From an uncultured Chloroflexia bacterium (GTDB lineage: Bacteria; Chloroflexota; Limnocylindria; Limnocylindrales; CSP1-4), in NCBI GenBank assembly GCA_963703575.1, contig CAVPEU010000008.1, forward strand, positions 193,880 through 257,879: a stretch of DNA of 64,000 nucleotides. Reading direction: 5' to 3'. The notes below the pieces were generated by a model. The model saw only the letters and a list, made by a program, of their open reading frames with translations, was not told where the DNA came from and made no database searches. Shown here one piece after another: positions 35,446 to 45,331 of this stretch; position 1 is the first letter of the stretch; the number at the start of each line of letters is the position of its first letter. The translations under genes were made by a program, and so were the position numbers.

Positions 35446-35766
35446 GCTGAGGGCCTGACCCCGGATTGCTGGCGCGGGTTCGCGGCACGCGCGGGGGCGC
35501 GGCACGCGGGTGCGCGGCACGCGCGGAGGCAGGACACGCACGGGTGACGCACCAGTGGATGGGGTGGCCTGGATTGCCGCACGGTGATCCACGTGTGGAT
35601 CAGGACGACGAGTTCGCCGCACGGTTCAGCGACCCAACCCGGGGTACGGCCCCCGGGCCACGCTCGGGGATCACCCGGTTGATCCACAGGTGAATGAGGA
35701 CCCCGGGAGGATGGGGCCGGTGGAATGAGGGCCCCGGGGGATGGGGCCCTGGACCTGGGCCCGGGC

Positions 35767-36105
35767 TCAGTCCGGCTTGATCTGGCGGAAGCAGTCAGAG
35801 CAGTAGACCGGCTTGTCCATCCGGGGCTTGAACGGCACCTGCGCCTGGTTGCCGCACGACGAGCAGATCGCCACGAAGTACTCGCGCGGTCCGCGATCAT
35901 CGCTGCGCTCGTAGCCGCGGGGGCCACCGAGCGCGTGCGCGTCCGAGCCGCCGTCGCGGGTGGCGCGGCGATAGGCCCGGCATGAGGCACACCGCTTGGG
36001 GTCGGAGGTGAACCCCTTCTGGGTGTAGTACTCCTGGTCCGCGGCGGAGTGGATGAACTCGACCCCGCAGTCCACGCAAGTGAGGGTTCGATCGACGTAG
36101 GTCAC
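35767..36105 (-). CDS. Small double zinc-ribbon protein
   Basis: GTG start with GGAGGAG Shine-Dalgarno. Two CxxC...CxxC pairs (CVDCG...CASCR; CSSCG...CSDCF). Confidence 0.5.
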   Translation of the reverse strand: MTYVDRTLTCVDCGVEFIHSAADQEYYTQKGFTSDPKRCASCRAYRRATRDGGSDAHALGGPRGYERSDDRGPREYFVAICSSCGNQAQVPFKPRMDKPVYCSDCFRQIKPD

Positions 36106-36356
36106 TTGAAGTGCTCCTCCCGGGCGCGCGCTCGGACAGTTCATGGTGCGAGCACCGAACGGGACCTCACCTGCGGAGGCGGCCACGGCGGGGAGTCAGC
36201 CGGGGCCGCGTGACCCAGGTGCCGGTTCTCGGAGTCCCTAGCTCGGGGCGCACCGGTTGGACGAGGGCCCCAGCCTACACCGGTGCGCCGATCCGGGCGT
36301 TACACGCGCCTTGCATCCGGAGCCGGTCCGCACGATCGTCGGCGGACCGCTGCGAC

Positions 36357-36377
36357 TGTGACAGGCGACCTGTCACA
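36357..36377. promoter_or_regulatory. Perfect palindrome TGTGACAGG-CGA-CCTGTCACA upstream of the SbcD-like gene (candidate operator)
   Basis: Direct reading: 9-bp arms with a 3-bp spacer, about 200 bp upstream of the 36579 start, in a 470-bp intergenic region. Confidence 0.35.
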
Positions 36378-36578
36378 ATGCCCCCCGAGACTTGGCATGA
36401 CGAGCCGGGAGCGATGGGGGCGCCCGACTCGCCACCGGGTTCCGGGGGCGACCGGCCAGGCCCTGAGATCGCGCGAGACTCGCCAGGTCCCGTGGCGAGG
36501 GGGGCGGGGAGCGGCCGCTCGCGGGACCCGGTCCGCATGCCGGTCCAACTGCGTCGACGAGGGAGGCAGGCCCACCGC

Positions 36579-37754
36579 ATGCTCCGTTTGATCCATACCG
36601 CGGACGTTCACCTCGGTGCCCGCCACACGGACCTCGGCGACGCGGCGGCGTCCCAGCGGGGGCGCCAGTTCGCTGCCTTCCGCGCGAGCGTCGACCTCGC
36701 CCTTGCCGAGAAGGTGGACCTGTTCCTGGTGGCGGGCGACCTGTTCGACAGCAACGTCCAGCCTCGCAGGTCCGTGGAGGGCGTCGCGGCCGAGCTGGCC
36801 CGCCTTGCCCAGGCCAGGATCCGGTCGGTGCTGATCCCGGGCACGCATGACGTCTACGACCGCTCGTCCGTGTACCGCGCCTACGACCTGCCGGCGCTCG
36901 CGGGCACCCGGCCCGCCGAGGAGATGGTCACGGTGCTCACCCCGGAGCGGCCGTGGGTCCACTTCGCGGCCCTGGACGCCGTCGTGCACGGCCCGGTGTT
37001 CGCGACCAAGCGCGCGCCGCACAGCCCGCTGCTCGACCTCGCCGCCGTGGAGACGCCGAAAGCCAAGTGGAAGATCGGCCTGCTCCATGCCGCGATCGCG
37101 ATCCCCGGCCGCACCGATCACGACGAGGTCGTGGTGACCGTGGACGAGATCGCCGCCAGTGGCCTGGACTATCTCGCGCTCGGGCACTGGCACTCCGCGC
37201 AGTCGTCGAAGGCCGGGGGTGTGACCTATGCCTACGCCGGCGCCCCGGAGCCTGTCGCGGTGGACCAGGACCGTGCCGGCAAGGTCCTGCTGGTCACGCT
37301 CGACGAGCAGGACGGCAGGCGCACGGTCGAGGTGGAGGAGCGGGTCGTCGGGCGGACGACGTTCCAGCGCCTGGACCTGGACGCGGCCTCGGTGGTGTCC
37401 CAGCCCGCCCTCGTCGAGCGGCTCCGGGCGATGGCGAGCCCCGACCTCGTGCTCGACGTGCGGTTGATCGGGGTCCGGCCGGACGAGCTCGATCTCGAGC
37501 CGCTCGAGGTGGAGGAGGCGTTGCGCGGCGCGTTCCTGCGGCTGCGCGTCCGGGACGCCAGCCAGTCCGCCCTGACGGAGGGCGCGCTGCCGCCCGCCGA
37601 GACGATCGCGGGCGCGTTCCTCCGCAACGTGGAGGGGCGGATCGCGGACCTCGAGGCGTCCGGCGACGAGCCCGCGGAGCGCGAGGCGGCCGAGCTGCGG
37701 GACGTGCTCCGCCTGGGCAGGCTGCTGCTGGCCGGGCACGAGGTGACGCTGTGA
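36579..37754 (+). CDS. SbcD/Mre11-like DNA-repair exonuclease (calcineurin-like metallophosphoesterase; YhaO/SbcF-like)
   Basis: Phosphoesterase motifs (IHTADVHLG, LVAGDLFD, GTHD, GHWH). GAGGGAGG Shine-Dalgarno 13 nt upstream of the ATG. Confidence 0.75.
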   Translation: MLRLIHTADVHLGARHTDLGDAAASQRGRQFAAFRASVDLALAEKVDLFLVAGDLFDSNVQPRRSVEGVAAELARLAQARIRSVLIPGTHDVYDRSSVYRAYDLPALAGTRPAEEMVTVLTPERPWVHFAALDAVVHGPVFATKRAPHSPLLDLAAVETPKAKWKIGLLHAAIAIPGRTDHDEVVVTVDEIAASGLDYLALGHWHSAQSSKAGGVTYAYAGAPEPVAVDQDRAGKVLLVTLDEQDGRRTVEVEERVVGRTTFQRLDLDAASVVSQPALVERLRAMASPDLVLDVRLIGVRPDELDLEPLEVEEALRGAFLRLRVRDASQSALTEGALPPAETIAGAFLRNVEGRIADLEASGDEPAEREAAELRDVLRLGRLLLAGHEVTL

Positions 37755-39937
37755 GGATCACGCAGATCACGATCCGCGACCTGCGCCAGTATCGAGATGC
37801 CCAGCTGGACCTCGCCCCGGGCCTCACGATCGTCCGCGGCCCCAACGAGGCCGGCAAGTCCACGCTCCAGCGTGCCATCGAGCTCGCCCTCACCCGGAAG
37901 GTGACGAGCGCCGCGACGGAGCTGGACGGCCTGGTGCCGTGGAACGCCGGGCCCGACGCCCGGACGTCGATCGACATGGCCTTCACCTGGGACGACGAGG
38001 ACGGCGGGACGCACCTCGGCCGGCTCGAGAAGTCCTTCCGCGGCGCGAAGGGTCTCGTCCGGCTGGAGCTGGATGGCGAGGCCATCACGGATCCCGCGCG
38101 GGCGGACGAGGCCCTGGCGGCCCTCTCGGGTGTCCCGACCGAGGCCTTCTTCCGCTCGACGGCATCGGTCCGGCACCACGAGCTCGCGGGGCTCCAGCGC
38201 GACGAGGCCGCGCTGCGGGACCGCCTCCAGGCGTCGATCAGCGGTGCCGATCGCGGCACCAGCCGCGCGAAGAAGCAGCTGGACCGGGCGCTGCACGATC
38301 TCCAGGCCAGGGGCCCCAAGAACCCGGGCCGGCTCAAGGTCGCCGAAGACGCCGTCACCGACCTGACCGCCCGGCTCCAGGCAGGCGAGGAGAACCTCCA
38401 GCGGCTCGAGCGGGATCGGGACGCGCTCGCCGTGGCGAAGGAACGACGCGCCGAGGCCGAGACCGCCCTCCACGAGCGGCGGGCGATGCTGGACAAGGCG
38501 CGCCAGGCGGAGCGGCTCACCGCCGAGCGCGACGCCGCACGCGAGCGCTACGAGCGGTATCGCACGGCGGTCACCGTCCGCGACGAGATTGCGGCCCTGG
38601 ATTCGTCGCATCCATCGCCGACGCCGCTGCCCGTCCTGCGCTCGACCGTGGAGCGGCTCCGGACGGTGAGCACGACCATCGCCACGCTCAGGTCGGCGCT
38701 CGAAGGCGAGGTCCAGGTCAGCTTCGAGGTGCCGCCCGAGGTCAGGTGGCGGCCGCTCTCGCGGTGGTCGATCGGTCTCGTGCTCCTGGGCATCGTCATC
38801 GCCGCCGTGGCCTTCGGCCTCGACGCGGGCGGCGTCCTGGCCGTTGGCACCCTCCCGATCGCCGCGGGCGGGATCGTCGCCGCCGTCGGCCTGGTGCTCG
38901 CGATCATCGGCTTCTGGCTCCGGCGGAGCGACCGGGTCGACAGGAGCCTCCGGGATGTCGAGGTGGCCCGGCGCCTCCGCGGTCGCTCGGAGATGCAGCA
39001 GGAGCTCCGTGACAACGAGGCCGAGCAGGCAGACCTGCTCCAGCGCCTGGGGTTGGACGACGTCGAGGCGGCCGAGGAGCGGTTGCGCCTCGAGGCCGCG
39101 CACGTCGACGAGATCGAGCACCGCAGGGCGCGGCTGGATGGGCTGATCGGCGAGGAGCCGCACGACGTGCTGCCGGCGCGCCGGGATGCGGCCGCGCTGG
39201 AGATCGAGCAGAAGACCGCGGCGCTCGAGGCGCTGGGACCCATCGCGAAGGAGCCGCGCGCGCGGGAGCGGCTCGAGGTGGAGGTCGCGGACACCGAGGG
39301 GACGGTGAACAGGATGCGCGACGACGAGGCGAACGCCCGGGCGCGCGTGGAGCAGAACCCCGTGGACGCGGAGGCGGTCGCCGCCCTCGCGGAGCGGCTC
39401 ACCTCGGGCAGGGAGGATCTCGCCGCCCTCCGCCGGCGCGAGCGCGTCTACGGCCTCACGCTGCGGGAGATCAACGCCGCCGAGCAGGCGACGATGCAGC
39501 GCGCGACGCGGTACCTGGAGCGACGCATGGTCGGCGACGTGGCGCGGGTGACTGGCGGACGCTACCGCCGCGTGCGCGTGGACGACACGAACCTCGGGAT
39601 CGAGGTGTTCTCCCCCGATCGCCACGACTGGGTCGCCGTGAGCGACCTGTCGCAGGGCACGCTGGACGTGGTGTACCTCGCGGCGCGCCTGGGGCTCGTG
39701 CGGCTGGTCACCGGTGACCGGCGGCCGCCGCTCGTGTTCGACGACCCGTTCGTGACCCTGGACGCCGAGCGTGCGCCGCGCGCGCTGGAGCTGCTGCGGG
39801 AGATCGCCTCGGACTTCCAGGTGATCTACCTCACCACGTCGGACCGGTACGACGACATCGCGGATCGCGTCCTCGTGCTGCCCGGACCGGAGACCGTGGA
39901 CGACCACCAGCACGAGGCGGGAGCGGCTCCTGCCTGA
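37751..39937 (+). CDS. SbcC/YhaN-like AAA ATPase with long coiled coil and two central TM helices
   Basis: Walker A (GPNEAGKST) at the N-terminus; C-terminal LVFDDPFVTLD (Walker B/D-loop). Long Arg/Glu/Ala-rich coiled coil interrupted by two hydrophobic helices (WSIGLVLLGIVIAAVAFGL...AAGGIVAAVGLVLAIIGFWL). GTG start overlaps the sbcD stop. Confidence 0.7.
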   Translation: MRITQITIRDLRQYRDAQLDLAPGLTIVRGPNEAGKSTLQRAIELALTRKVTSAATELDGLVPWNAGPDARTSIDMAFTWDDEDGGTHLGRLEKSFRGAKGLVRLELDGEAITDPARADEALAALSGVPTEAFFRSTASVRHHELAGLQRDEAALRDRLQASISGADRGTSRAKKQLDRALHDLQARGPKNPGRLKVAEDAVTDLTARLQAGEENLQRLERDRDALAVAKERRAEAETALHERRAMLDKARQAERLTAERDAARERYERYRTAVTVRDEIAALDSSHPSPTPLPVLRSTVERLRTVSTTIATLRSALEGEVQVSFEVPPEVRWRPLSRWSIGLVLLGIVIAAVAFGLDAGGVLAVGTLPIAAGGIVAAVGLVLAIIGFWLRRSDRVDRSLRDVEVARRLRGRSEMQQELRDNEAEQADLLQRLGLDDVEAAEERLRLEAAHVDEIEHRRARLDGLIGEEPHDVLPARRDAAALEIEQKTAALEALGPIAKEPRARERLEVEVADTEGTVNRMRDDEANARARVEQNPVDAEAVAALAERLTSGREDLAALRRRERVYGLTLREINAAEQATMQRATRYLERRMVGDVARVTGGRYRRVRVDDTNLGIEVFSPDRHDWVAVSDLSQGTLDVVYLAARLGLVRLVTGDRRPPLVFDDPFVTLDAERAPRALELLREIASDFQVIYLTTSDRYDDIADRVLVLPGPETVDDHQHEAGAAPA

Positions 39938-40019
39938 GCTCCTCGGCCCGGGCACGGCGGTCATCGTCCTCGGCCTCGGGTCGGCCCTCGCCTGGGGTGC
40001 CGGCGACTTCGGCGGGGGG

Positions 40020-40799
40020 ATGCTGAGCCGTCGGGCGCCGTTGTTCGGGGTCGTCGCCGGGACGCAGCTGGTCGGCATGATCGCGGCCGTCGCGCTGGCG
40101 ATCCTCCGCGGCGAGCCCCTGCCGCAGGGCGCCGACGTCACCTGGGCGATCGGCGGCGGTCTCACCGGCATGATCGGCATCACCTCGCTGTACCGCGGGC
40201 TCGCGGTGGGCCGCATGGGCGTGGTCGCGCCGACGACGGGCGTGCTGGCCGCCGTGGTGCCCGTGGCCGTCGGGTTCGCGCTCGAGGGCGTGCCGCGTCC
40301 CGCGACCCTGGCCGGGATCGCGATCGCGCTGGTGGCAGTCGTGCTGGTGACCCGGGCGCCGGGTCACGCGGACGGCCGGCCGTCGGGCATCCGCTGGGCG
40401 TTGCTGGCCGGCCTCGCGATCGGGGGCTTCAACGTGTGCATCGGCCAGCTGTCCGACGCCGGGGCGTTCGCTCCGCTGGTGATCATCCGGCTGGTGCAGG
40501 CCGTGGTCATCGTGGTCCTTGTGGCGGCGTGGCGGCAGCCGTGGCGGCTCGAACGCGGCGTGGCCGGCCGCCTGGTCGTCGTCGGGCTCCTGGACATGAC
40601 CGGCAACGCCGCCTTCATCCTCGCTGCCCAGGCGGGCCAGCTCGCGATCGCCGCCGTCCTGTCCTCCCTCTACCCGGTGACGACGGTCCTGCTCGCGATC
40701 GTCGTCCTCGGGGAGCGGCTCACCCGGAGCCATGTCGCCGGCGTGGTGCTCACCGGGGCGGCCATCGTGCTGATCACGGCCGGCACCGCTACGCTGTGA
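40020..40799 (+). CDS. DMT-superfamily (EamA-like) transporter; true start probably about 70 nt further upstream
   Basis: Ten-TM EamA-like pattern. The in-frame upstream sequence encodes a further TM helix (LLGPGTAVIVLGLGSALAWGAGDFGGG) but has no ATG or GTG. Confidence 0.6.
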   Translation: MLSRRAPLFGVVAGTQLVGMIAAVALAILRGEPLPQGADVTWAIGGGLTGMIGITSLYRGLAVGRMGVVAPTTGVLAAVVPVAVGFALEGVPRPATLAGIAIALVAVVLVTRAPGHADGRPSGIRWALLAGLAIGGFNVCIGQLSDAGAFAPLVIIRLVQAVVIVVLVAAWRQPWRLERGVAGRLVVVGLLDMTGNAAFILAAQAGQLAIAAVLSSLYPVTTVLLAIVVLGERLTRSHVAGVVLTGAAIVLITAGTATL

Positions 40800-40801
40800 G
40801 C

Positions 40802-41116
40802 ATGACCGACATGGCCCCGGCCCACTCGCTCGAGCCCGTCTGGTTCATCGAGGCGACCTACGCCCCGGACGCTGCCGAGACGCGCGTCCCGTTCCGCGCC
40901 CGGCACCTCGCCCGGATGGCGGAGCTCGTGGCCGAGGGCGTCGTGGTCTTCGCGGGCGCCTTCACGGACGTGTCCGCGTCTGTGATCGTGCTCCGTGCCG
41001 CCTCGGAGGCGGAGGCGCTCGACATCTGCCGCCAGGACGTCTACATGCACAACGGCGTGTGGGTGGAGCTGCGCGCCAGGCCGTTCGCGCGCCTGCGGCT
41101 CGACGCCGCGGGCTGA
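40802..41116 (+). CDS. YciI-family protein (dimeric alpha/beta barrel)
   Basis: 104 aa; WFIEATYAPDAAETRVPFRARHLARMAELVAEGVVVFAGAF is typical of YciI-like proteins. Confidence 0.65.
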   Translation: MTDMAPAHSLEPVWFIEATYAPDAAETRVPFRARHLARMAELVAEGVVVFAGAFTDVSASVIVLRAASEAEALDICRQDVYMHNGVWVELRARPFARLRLDAAG

Positions 41117-41119
41117 CCC

Positions 41120-41770
41120 TCAGCCCGCGGCCGGCTCGTCCCCGCCCCGGCTGCCGGGGGCGGCTCGGCTCCCGCCCGCCGACCTGCCCGCTCGGCTCCC
41201 GCCCGCCGACCCGCCCGCTCGGCTCCCGCCCGCCGACCCGCCCGCACGTCGCCGCACGACTCGCACGGCGTCCAGGTCCTCGGGGCTCCCGAGGCGCACG
41301 ACGGCCGCGAAGCCCTCGGCGTCCAGCCCGGCACGCAGCGAGCCCCGGAGAGCGGCCAGCTGCCGATGGACCACGTCCTCCGGCACCGTGCGGCCGGGGC
41401 GCGCGGCGTTGCGTGCCACGACGACCGGTGGCGGCAGGTCGAGGACCACGGCGACCACCGGGATGCCCGCCCGGGCCGCCCGGCCGAGCAGGGCCCGGCG
41501 TGCCGGTGCCGTCACGTTCGTCGCGTCCACGACGGTGAGCCGGCCGTCACGGAGCCGGCGGGCCAGCGCCCGGTGCAGGGCCGCGAACGCCGGCCCCGTC
41601 GCGCGCTGATCGTCCGCGTCCCCCGAGATCGCCTCCCGCAGGGCGTCCGACGACAGCACCTCGTCCGGCGCGAAGTGCCGGGCCGCGAAGGTGGTCTTGC
41701 CGGCGCCGGCCGCGCCCACCAGCACGACGAGCGCCGGGTCCGGGATCTCGAGGACGACGGGACGGGACAA
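41120..41770 (-). CDS. P-loop kinase / AAA_33-family ATP-binding protein with C-terminal Gly/Ser/Ala repeat tail
   Basis: Walker A (LVGAAGAGKTTFA). C-terminal (RAGGSAGGS)x3, encoded by a 27-bp x 3 tandem repeat at about 41160..41240. Confidence 0.6.
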   Translation of the reverse strand: MSRPVVLEIPDPALVVLVGAAGAGKTTFAARHFAPDEVLSSDALREAISGDADDQRATGPAFAALHRALARRLRDGRLTVVDATNVTAPARRALLGRAARAGIPVVAVVLDLPPPVVVARNAARPGRTVPEDVVHRQLAALRGSLRAGLDAEGFAAVVRLGSPEDLDAVRVVRRRAGGSAGGSRAGGSAGGSRAGRSAGGSRAAPGSRGGDEPAAG

Positions 41771-42101
41771 CGCAGGTGCCCGGAACCGGTGGCCGCGTTC
41801 AGCCCGGGACGGGCGGTTGCGAGGCCGGGCTCACCGAGGAGGGCGGGCCCGGCAGTCGATCCGGAGCCCCGGCAGCCTCCCGATCGCGGCGGCGGGCACG
41901 GACCGGCCATCCTTCGCGCCGGGGGGCCCACGGGGTAGTCGGCTGGGACATCGCCGCCAAGCATGCGGTGCGACCGCAGGCCCCGCAACCTGCGCCCTGT
42001 CGCCCTGCCGCCGCGCGGTCGCCGGGTCACCGCGCGGTCGCGTGTCGGGCGCGTCGGGCGCGTCGGGCGCGTCGTCCCGTGGCGTCCTGTACCGTCGCCG
42101 G

Positions 42102-43436
42102 GTGAGCAGCCAGGTTCGCCAGCCGCCGCAGGACTGGCGCGTCATCGTGGCCGTGTTCTGGGTCACCCAGCTCGTGGAGGGGCTCGGCGTGAGCCAGGTG
42201 TTCGCGCTGATGCCGGCGTACCTCCGGCAGCTCGGCGTGCCGGAGGCGGACCGGTTGGGGTTCATCGGCCTGTACAGCTCGCTCGTGTTCGTGCTCGGCC
42301 TGCCGCTGGTGCCCCTGTGGGGCGTGTGGGCGGACAAGATCAGCCGCAAGGCCGTCATCGTCCGGAGCGCGCTCGTCGAGGCGGTCGTGTTCGGCCTTGC
42401 CGCGTTGGCGCGGGAGCCGTGGCAGATGGCTGTGGCGGTGCTCCTGATCGGGTTCCAGCTGGGGAACACCGGCGTGATGCTGGCCGGCATCCGCGACGTG
42501 ACGCCGCGCCGGCGGCTCGGGACGACGATCGCGCTGTTCGGTGCCGCCAGCCCGATCGGCAGCGCTCTCGGGCCGGCCCTTGCCGGCCTGCTCATCGACG
42601 GCGTCGGCTGGTCCATCTCCAACGTGTACGCGCTGTCGGCCGTGTTCTCGATCGGGACCGCCCTGCTCCTGGGGCTCGGCACGCGCGAGGTCAGACCCGA
42701 GGTCGTGCCGGTCGGGCCGGTGCTGAAGCTGGCGTTCGGGGCGGTCCGCGGCGTGCTCGCCGATCCGGCGGTGCGGCGGCTGTTCGCGGTGTACGGCGTG
42801 GTCTTCCTGGCCGGCCAGATGTCCCGGCCGTATACGCCCGTCCTGGTGGAGACGCTGGTCGGGACGGGGCCCGGCCTTGCCTCCGGGATCGCGCTGGTCG
42901 CGGGCGTCGCGGCCCTGATCGGCGCGATCGTGTCGCCCGGCGCCGGCTGGCTGGGTGACCGGATCGGCTTTCGGCCGGTGCTGGTGCTGTCGCTCGTCCT
43001 GGGCGGGGTCTCCAGCCTGCTGATGCCCGGGATGCCCGGCCTCGGCGCGCTCGCGGCGGTCGCCGTCCTCCTGGGGGCGGCCGTCGCCGCCATCGGGGCG
43101 ATGGTGTTCTCGCTGCTCGCGACCGAGGTGCCCCCGGAACGACGTTCCGCGACGCTCAACCTGGTCTACCTGCCCCTGTACATCGCCGGGATTGCCGGAC
43201 CGGCGATGGGCGGCGCGCTGGCGACGACCACCGGGGTGGGCGGACCGTTCGTCGCGGGTGGCGTCGTGTTCCTCGTTGGGGCGGCGGCGGTGGCCCTTCG
43301 CCGTCCGGCCGCGACGGCCGCAGCCACGGCGTCCGCGTCCATGCCCGGGTCTTCGCCGTCGTCGTCGGCCGCGGCGTCCGCGGCGTCGTCCGCGTCCGAG
43401 CCCGCGTCCACCTCGGGGCCCGACGGCGTGCGCTAG
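42102..43436 (+). CDS. MFS transporter (12 TM)
   Basis: Twelve predicted TM helices; Ser/Ala-rich C-terminal tail. GTG start approximate. Confidence 0.75.
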   Translation: MSSQVRQPPQDWRVIVAVFWVTQLVEGLGVSQVFALMPAYLRQLGVPEADRLGFIGLYSSLVFVLGLPLVPLWGVWADKISRKAVIVRSALVEAVVFGLAALAREPWQMAVAVLLIGFQLGNTGVMLAGIRDVTPRRRLGTTIALFGAASPIGSALGPALAGLLIDGVGWSISNVYALSAVFSIGTALLLGLGTREVRPEVVPVGPVLKLAFGAVRGVLADPAVRRLFAVYGVVFLAGQMSRPYTPVLVETLVGTGPGLASGIALVAGVAALIGAIVSPGAGWLGDRIGFRPVLVLSLVLGGVSSLLMPGMPGLGALAAVAVLLGAAVAAIGAMVFSLLATEVPPERRSATLNLVYLPLYIAGIAGPAMGGALATTTGVGGPFVAGGVVFLVGAAAVALRRPAATAAATASASMPGSSPSSSAAASAASSASEPASTSGPDGVR

Positions 43437-43881
43437 GAGCACCGGCGGCCGATCCTCGCGGCGCCATCACGTGGAGGTTCTGTCACCTGCCTCGGTGGCA
43501 GGTGGTATCGCGCTGCGGCACCGGACTTCCTGTCACCTGCCGGCCACGCGAGTGGTAGGCGTCTCCGAGCTCCGTGAGCGTCGCCGGGCCCGTTCGGGGT
43601 GCCCGTGGCACGCACGGTCGAGCCGTTCGTGGGGCCGCCACCGGCTGCACGGGGTGGCAGAACCCTGCCTTGCACTCGGCAGCGTGGTATGTGGCAGGGA
43701 TTTCGCCGCGCCGATGGCCGGCCGACGAGCCGGCGACCCGAGTCGGTCCCGCGCCGCCGGTGCGGTCGGACACACCAGAAACGCCGAGCCCAACCCGGAC
43801 CCCGCCCGACCCGAGCCGAGTCCGGACCGGCTGCCGAGTCCGGACCGGCTGCCGAGTCCGGACCGGCGTAGGGCCCGACGC

Positions 43882-45000
43882 TCAGGACGCCGGCAGTGAC
43901 CGCTCCGCCGCGCCCGTGTACCGCACGTCCGGGCGGATCAGCCGGTTCGCGGCACCCTGCTCGATGGCGTGCGCCGTCCAGCCCGCGTGCCGTGCGAGGG
44001 CGAACGTCGCCGGGAACAGGTCCGGAGTCAGGCCCACGCCCATCAGCACCGGTGCCGCGTAGTACTCCACGTTCGTCTTGAGCGGCCGGTCCGGGTACTT
44101 CTCCGCGAGCACGCGCAGCGCGACGTCCTCCACGGCGATCGCAAGCTCCAGCCACTCCGGGCGGCGCTCCATGCCCTCCGCCACCTGGCGCAGCGCCGCC
44201 GCGCGGGGGTCGTAGGCGCGGTACACGCGGTGCCCGAAGCCCATCAGCCGGTCGCCGCGCGCGAGCGCCTCGCGCACCCACTCCTCGGCTCGTTCCGGCG
44301 TGCCGACCTCGTGGATCTGCTCCACGACCTCGGACGGGGCGCCGCCATGGAGCGGGCCCTTCATCGCGCCGATGGCGCCGCACACCGCGGACGCGAGGTC
44401 CGACCGGGTGGAGGTGATCACGCGGGCCGTGAACGTGGAGGCGTTGAAGCCGTGCTCCGCGCCGACGATGAAGTACGCGTCCAGGGCCCGGGCCGTCTCG
44501 TGGTCGGGGCGTTCGCCGTTGATCTGGTAGAGATACCCCGCGACGAGATCGAGGTCCGGGTCGGGCGGGACCGGCTCCAGGCCGCGACGGAGCCGCGCGA
44601 ACGCGGCCAGCGCGGAGGGCGAGAACGCGGTCAGCGCGCGGGCCTGCTCGGGCGTGGGCGGCCAGGACGGGTCCGTCGTCGCTCCCCACACGGACACCGC
44701 GGTGCGCAGCGCGTCCATCGGCCGCGCGGTCCTGGGCAACGAACGCAGCGCGGACATCACCGGGTCCGGGACCGGGAGGCACGGCAGCGTGGCGTCGGGC
44801 CGCCACTCCCCGGTCCACAGCAGCTCGGCCACGGCGGCATACGACCCCGCACGCACGAGCTCCCCGATCGGGTAGCCGCGGTACAGCAGGCGGCCGGCCG
44901 CGCCGTCGATGAACGACAGGGTGGTCTCGCCGGCGATCACGCCTTCGAGGCCGGGGGAGTATGGACGGGTGTCGGCGGGGGCCGAAGCGGGCTCGATCAT
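43882..45000 (-). CDS. Citrate synthase / 2-methylcitrate synthase (small type II-like form)
   Basis: Catalytic His/Asp region motifs (GFGHRVY, GPLHGGAP). Start taken at the internal MIEPAS; 372 aa. Confidence 0.85.
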   Translation of the reverse strand: MIEPASAPADTRPYSPGLEGVIAGETTLSFIDGAAGRLLYRGYPIGELVRAGSYAAVAELLWTGEWRPDATLPCLPVPDPVMSALRSLPRTARPMDALRTAVSVWGATTDPSWPPTPEQARALTAFSPSALAAFARLRRGLEPVPPDPDLDLVAGYLYQINGERPDHETARALDAYFIVGAEHGFNASTFTARVITSTRSDLASAVCGAIGAMKGPLHGGAPSEVVEQIHEVGTPERAEEWVREALARGDRLMGFGHRVYRAYDPRAAALRQVAEGMERRPEWLELAIAVEDVALRVLAEKYPDRPLKTNVEYYAAPVLMGVGLTPDLFPATFALARHAGWTAHAIEQGAANRLIRPDVRYTGAAERSLPAS

Positions 45001-45026
45001 GGGTCGATGGTAGCCCCGGAGCCCGG

Positions 45027-45284
45027 TCAGCGGCTGCCTTCCACCGCCCGCAGGACCACGCGTACGAGAATCGCACCCGCGGTCGCCAGGACGAGCGCGC
45101 CGATGAAGCCCTGGACCTGGCCGAGGCCCATCTGCTCGCTCAGCCAGCCGCCGACGAGCCCGCCGACGATGCCCACGAGGATGGTCGGCAGGCAGCCCTG
45201 CGCGCTGCGCACGCCCACGAACCAGCCGGAGATGGAGCCGGCGAGGAAGCCGATGACCAGCCAGCCGATGACGCTCATGCTCAT
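45027..45284 (-). CDS. GlsB/YeaQ/YmgE-family small membrane protein
   Basis: 85 aa, three TM helices with the Gly-rich pattern typical of the family (GWLVIGFLAGSISGWFVG...). Confidence 0.65.
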   Translation of the reverse strand: MSMSVIGWLVIGFLAGSISGWFVGVRSAQGCLPTILVGIVGGLVGGWLSEQMGLGQVQGFIGALVLATAGAILVRVVLRAVEGSR

Positions 45285-45331
45285 GACCCGAGTGTCGCAC
45301 GCGACGGCAACCGCCGGCAGGGCCCGTCGCG

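Noticed and set aside
35466-35693. 75-aa plus-strand ORF in the intergenic region after the S51 peptidase gene
   Set aside because: It lies in a stretch of imperfect GC-rich repeats (gcgcggcacgcg..., aatgagg[g/a]cccc...). It has no Shine-Dalgarno and no domain signal.
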